A DNA stretch of 64,000 bases from Octopus sinensis. Lineage: Eukaryota. Location: contig NC_042999.1 in assembly GCF_006345805.1 (NCBI RefSeq), positions 10,664,001 through 10,728,000 on the forward strand, given 5' to 3'. The stretch's first letter is position 1; each line of letters starts with the position of its first letter. Below the pieces are notes generated by a model, which searched no databases, had not been told where the DNA came from, and saw only the letters and a program-made list of their open reading frames with translations. Both the position numbers and the translations under genes were made by a program. Of the stretch, positions 63,491 to 64,000 are shown in pieces.

Positions 63491-64000
63491 AGAGACACTG
63501 CCACACCACACACCCCAAGAGAAGAGAACCCGTTTTAGAATAATGCTTTCGTTTTTTTAAACACAGAATCTTTTCTTACAGAGAAGAAGGATGCTTCTGC
63601 AGCTGTTGTTCATGCAACTCTTCTATGCCAATGTGCTTCAAATACAGTACTTACTGACCATAGAGGGATGAAAGCATCATTTATATACAGAACTGTGAGG
63701 CACGCCTTATAGATTAAAGTTTGTTTTTTTCCCCCCACATAGTGATGGATACAGAAATCTTTGAGGAGTGGGGAAACAAATGAAGGAATGTTGTTGCCTT
63801 TCACAAGGGTGACTAATTTTTTTTTGTTTTTTGTTTTCATAATGGGAGTAGGAAGTGGAATGAAAATTGGGTCATAGGAAGTCTCTGTGGAATTCCCTCC
63901 TACGTATGTGGAATATAGATGTTCAAACTGAACATCCACTGCATCAGGGGCTAGCTTTCAAAGTGATGGGCACCCTCTTTTCTCATCTAATTGAATTATA

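Overview
AT-rich, microsatellite-dense eukaryotic genomic DNA, most likely from an octopus (inferred from the repeat families and intron scale, not database-checked). The window is mostly intron of a minus-strand ARHGAP39/Vilse-type RhoGAP gene. Two coding exons are well supported: a WW-domain exon at 47907-48045 and a 96-nt exon at 18720-18815, joined in frame across a 29-kb intron. I could not find the first WW exon or the MyTH4/RhoGAP exons here. The rest is a layered record of mobile elements: RTE-clade LINE fragments with (GAT)n tails, several modular tRNA-derived SINE families, three mariner relics, a CR1-type LINE end, a probable non-autonomous Helitron, MITEs, and a Penelope-like fragment with a decayed minimal hammerhead. 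The most unusual observations are: (1) an RTE 3' UTR amplified into a 7-monomer array with a 1126-bp higher-order repeat, nested with a mariner inside a split SINE; (2) a PHD-type zinc finger inside the RTE reverse transcriptase region; (3) a 144-bp-arm inverted repeat; (4) a CpG-rich unclassified MITE; (5) a phase-compatible candidate alternative first exon. No rRNA, true tRNA gene or CRISPR array is supported.
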